From the NCBI GenBank assembly GCA_037447605.1, contig CM074813.1, positions 620,001-684,000 on the forward strand: 64,000 bases of DNA, written 5' to 3'. This DNA comes from Zygnema circumcarinatum SAG 698-1b (Eukaryota > Plantae > Zygnematophyceae). The stretch's first letter is position 1. Every line of letters begins with the position of its first letter. The position numbers and the translations under genes were made by a program. Below are positions 60,390 through 64,000 of this stretch, piece by piece. The notes under the pieces were generated by a model that saw nothing but the letters and a program-made list of their open reading frames with translations, ran no database searches and was not told the DNA's origin.

Positions 60390-61405
60390 AAGTGGAAGGG
60401 AAGAACCGTACCCTCCGCGATGTCGTGCACAATCGCCATTTTCACGCACCTGCACGGACACAAGCGAGACCGCAATTTTCACGACTTCAAAATCAAAAAC
60501 CACGAGGAAGGTTTGGTTTTTCTTATATCTCCAGTATCTTTATTCAAAGGAAAGACTCAAGACGTGCACAAAACAGCTCAATTTTGGACCCCTTCGGGAA
60601 AACAAAAAGTCAACATCTTTTCCGACGACTCTCGCCTTAAGTTTTTCTTTTTCTTTTTAAAAGTTTGGGTTCCAATTTAGGGTTCGCATGTGTGAAACCT
60701 GTGATTTAATTTTTCCTTACTTTTCCCTATCGATTCCGGGTTGGTCCTTTGCCAGAAGGGCCATCACGGCCATTCGGTACATGTGATCCGCAATCGATTC
60801 CGGATCCTTCACGTTCCGCAAAATCCATCCTGCGCGCTTTTGTTCCTGTGGTAAGAAAGAGGACGAGAGAGAGAGAGGGAGAGAGAGAGAGAGAAAGAGG
60901 GAGAGGAAGAGAGAGGGAGGGAAGGGAGGGAGGGAAGAGAGAGGGAGAGAGGGAGAGAGAGGGATAGGGAGAGAAAGAGGGAAAGAGAGTGCGAGAGAGA
61001 GAGGGGGGAAAACAATTGAAAGGGAGAGGGAAAAAGCAAGAATGAGAAACCAAAAGTAGAAAAATAGCAAAAGCGAAGGTTTGGAGTTCAACAATGAGTT
61101 TCACCCTCCTTGCAATTCCTTATATCCAAAAAAAAAACCCAAAACCCAAGGAAAAGAAACCCAAACATCATGCTGTGAATACTGTGCAGAAATGACCAAT
61201 GACTGATTACCTTCAGCCGAGTGACAATTCGCAGAAAATCTATCGCTTGACTCGCCTGCTTTTTCAGAGCGAGACTTTCTGCCTCTGAATTCGACTCGAC
61301 CTCATTTCTTTCCAATTTTGACTTTTTCCGCGCCTCTTCATTGGCCGCAATAGTCCCATTTTGCTCAGAAACTTCAGGAGCGGAAATTTCACTTTCAGAA
61401 GCCAT
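58642..61405 (-). CDS. HDDC2: HD-domain 5'-deoxynucleotidase (HDDC2/YGK1-like), 8 exons; possible N-terminal extension
   Basis: [12 protein letters not shown]|EQKRAGW...[14 protein letters not shown]|[12 protein letters not shown]|[21 protein letters not shown]|[22 protein letters not shown]|[11 protein letters not shown]|DFFDSTRG|[14 protein letters not shown]...ES*. Confidence 0.93.
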
Positions 61406-62982
61406 AGTTTTCTTGAACCGCAATGAGTACGACTGCGATTTCTTTACTAATTGAGTTTGAATTCCAGATAGGTTGCAAAGAGCACTGCTTCCTCTCCGAA
61501 AGAAGAGTGAAGTAGCCAGGTCGGGTGGGCAGAAAAAAGTGCTCGAATAGCTTTGGAGCTGCAAGTTAATTGGAGTGTGGAGGAAAGCGGCATGCCTGCA
61601 TGATGGAAAAAATGACAGTACATGAATTGAGGTTGGAATATTGGGAGGGGGGAGAGGTTGTGAGAGGAGAGAGGGGGAAACGGAGATATAGAAGAGAAGT
61701 CAGAAGAAGAATAGCTCGAATTCAGTTATGCTCATAGCTCATAGCTGTAGCTCTGAGCTCCTGCTATGAGTTGTTGAAGCAACTTGCTTCTATTTGATTT
61801 GCTTCTTAGCAGGACAGGAGAGGCAGCGAGGAGGAGCGAGATAGAGGTAGAGGAAAAAGGAAAGAGAGGTGATAAATCATTGAGACCATATGCTTATGGG
61901 AAAATAAATGAATGAGAAATGACAGATTATAATCGGCAATAGATGCTTAAACATGAGTAAATTATTTGAATGCAGCAAGATCGCAACATCGCAAATTCTG
62001 AAAGAACTTTTGGGCGGTCGCCTCACGCACTGATTCATGATGGATGACGATCTGCTCCTTCATGCTTCCTCTCTCAATCTTTCATCAAATAGAAAAAAAA
62101 CGTGGGAAAAAAAAATCCATCCTCATCATATCATGTCATGTCTTGCTGTTGAAAATCACTTTTTTCTGCATCCAAAAAAATAATCAATAGTAACAATAAT
62201 CAATCACGAATCCTCAGCAATAATTAAAAAACAAGAAATCAACCCAGTCTAACTGATTCAGTCAAGAAGTGAATTTGAGTAACTGATTAAGGTAAAGAAA
62301 CTAATCCAGTTTAACTGATTCAGTTCACATGGCACAGTTTTGGCAACTGCAAGCCCCTCCTTCCCCAGGGTTCCCTCTCTCTCTCTCTCTTCCCCCTCGT
62401 TCTCTCTCCCACTCTCACTGTTCTCGCGATACCTCTCCTTCCCTCCTCCCTCCCTCCTCCCTCCTCCCTCCTCCCGCCTTCCCTCCCTCTTCCCTTTCCC
62501 CTCTCGCTCGATCCTTCATTTCCACAAAGTCCAATCTCTACCAAATCACAAAGCAGCGGCATCTTACGTCATTTCCAAGCGAAAGGATTCTCATACTCTA
62601 AGACGATGCTCCCTTGTGCGCTCAAGCGCGAGATGAGAGAGAAAAGATTTAAAAAATGTAAATCGCTCTCCTTCTATCCTTCCCTCCTCCTTTCTCTCCC
62701 GCGAGAGAGGGAGAGAGCGAAAGGGAGAGAGAGTGTGGGAGGGCAGTATCGACCTTTATACAAATACGATAACGGTCTACGATACGGCTCGGTTTGGCAA
62801 CGCTACGATAGCGGTATATGCGGTAAGATTATTGGTCGGTATGAGTCAGTATTGAGCGATACAGTACGGTTTAGGGTTAGAGTTCGAGAATGGATGAGAC
62901 ATGAAAACGCTCTCCCTCTCTCTGTCCCACTCTCGCTCTCTCTCGTGTTTTCTTTTTTTTTTTTATCTCCTTGAAAGGCATC

Positions 62983-64000
62983 ATGAAGAGGAGGGCGAGG
63001 GGACTGCCTGTGCTTGGAGGGGTGGGTGCGGCAGCCATGGCGGGAGGGTCGGAGAAGGCGGAGGAGAGGGAGGGAGGCGGCGGAGAGAGGGAGAGGACTG
63101 TGGGAGTGCGGAAGAAGGGCACCGCCTCGCGCCTCTGGCTCCGCATAGACGAGGAGGGCAGGACGGAGGTGAGAGGCTGAGGAGCGAGGAACTAAGAGAG
63201 AGAGAGGGAGGGAGACGGAGGGATATGAGAGAGGGACAGGGAAATGGGGGAAGAGGGCAGGAAGTGCGAAGCGGGAGAGTGAGAAAGGACGAGAGGTTGT
63301 GGAAATTAACAGGGGGGAGACAAAAAGATAAATGAAGGTAAGAATGAGAGGGGTGAAAGGATGGCCGAGGTCGAGGATTAGTGTTCTTTACAGAATGCTA
63401 TGGCATATTGAACACCTCTTCCTCCCTCCTTCCCTCCCTCCTTCCCTCCCTCCCNNNNNNNNNNCCCTCCCTCCCTCCCTCCCTCCCTCCCTCCCTCCCT
63501 CAGGCCCTGGAGGCGGACAAGTATGCCATCATGCGGCGCGTGGCCATCCCCGCGCGCGACCTCCGCATTTTGGACCCTCTCCTGTCGTACCCCTCCACCG
63601 TGCTCGGCCGCGAGAAGGCGATCGTCGTCAACCTCGAGCACATCAAGGCACTACTCTTTCATTTTGCTCTTTAGGGTGTTGCTCTTCTCTTTTTAAGCAT
63701 TTCACTGCAATTTTGTGTCTCATTGGACACTGGTTGATGGTTTCTGTAGGTGTTTCACTCAAAGCAAAATGCGACGTCCTGTCCTTTCCTCCCTCCTCCC
63801 GCCCGCTTTCTTTTAGAATTTTTGGGCGTTGCCGTGTGTGAGCTCTGAGCGAGTGTGCGGTATTTTCCGCGGGGCAGGGAATCATCACAGCGGAGGAGGT
63901 ACTGCTTCTGAATTGGCAGACTGCGGAAGTGGAGAAGCTGGTGGAAGATTTCAAGAATCGTCTCCCATTGCACTTTAATGCTCTTGGAGAGCAGGTTGGG
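62983..64000 (+). CDS. MRS2: MRS2/MGT (CorA-type) magnesium transporter, 3' end outside window; exons 62983-63168, 63504-63647, 63878->64000
   Basis: [56 protein letters not shown]|[12 protein letters not shown] is the plant MRS2 N-terminal signature. An alternative in-frame ATG lies at 63037. Confidence 0.93.
63455..63464. other. Assembly gap (10 N); others at 29702-29711 and 48872-48881
   Basis: N runs in the sequence. Confidence 1.

Overview
Gene-dense, intron-rich eukaryotic nuclear DNA from the green-plant lineage. A streptophyte alga is the most likely source; this is an inference from the AP2/ERF, XS-domain and MRS2 genes, plant-type TTTAGGG repeats and short GT-AG introns. Twelve spliced or single-exon protein genes could be reconstructed: PEN2 (5' partial), CSB/ERCC6-like SNF2 ATPase, O-fucosyltransferase, an acidic Claspin/Mrc1-like protein, a Mit_KHE1-family protein, a plastid-type pfkB kinase, an XS-domain protein, an AP2/ERF factor, a spinster MFS transporter, MetAP1, an HDDC2-like HD hydrolase and MRS2 (3' partial). 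One weak orphan candidate is also listed. No rRNA, convincing tRNA or CRISPR array was seen. Notable structure beyond the genes: telomere-like arrays in many introns whose orientation appears tied to the splice sites; five consecutive head-to-head gene pairs with motif-dense promoters (G-box, GTAC, CCAAT); a 133-bp TA-flanked MITE; a repeat that multiplies perfect splice donors; codon-sized purine minisatellites inside unrelated proteins; and a GC-AG intron. Two 1.4-2 kb direct repeats flanking 10-N gaps are probably assembly artefacts. Exon boundaries were read by eye and family calls rest on recalled motifs, not database searches.
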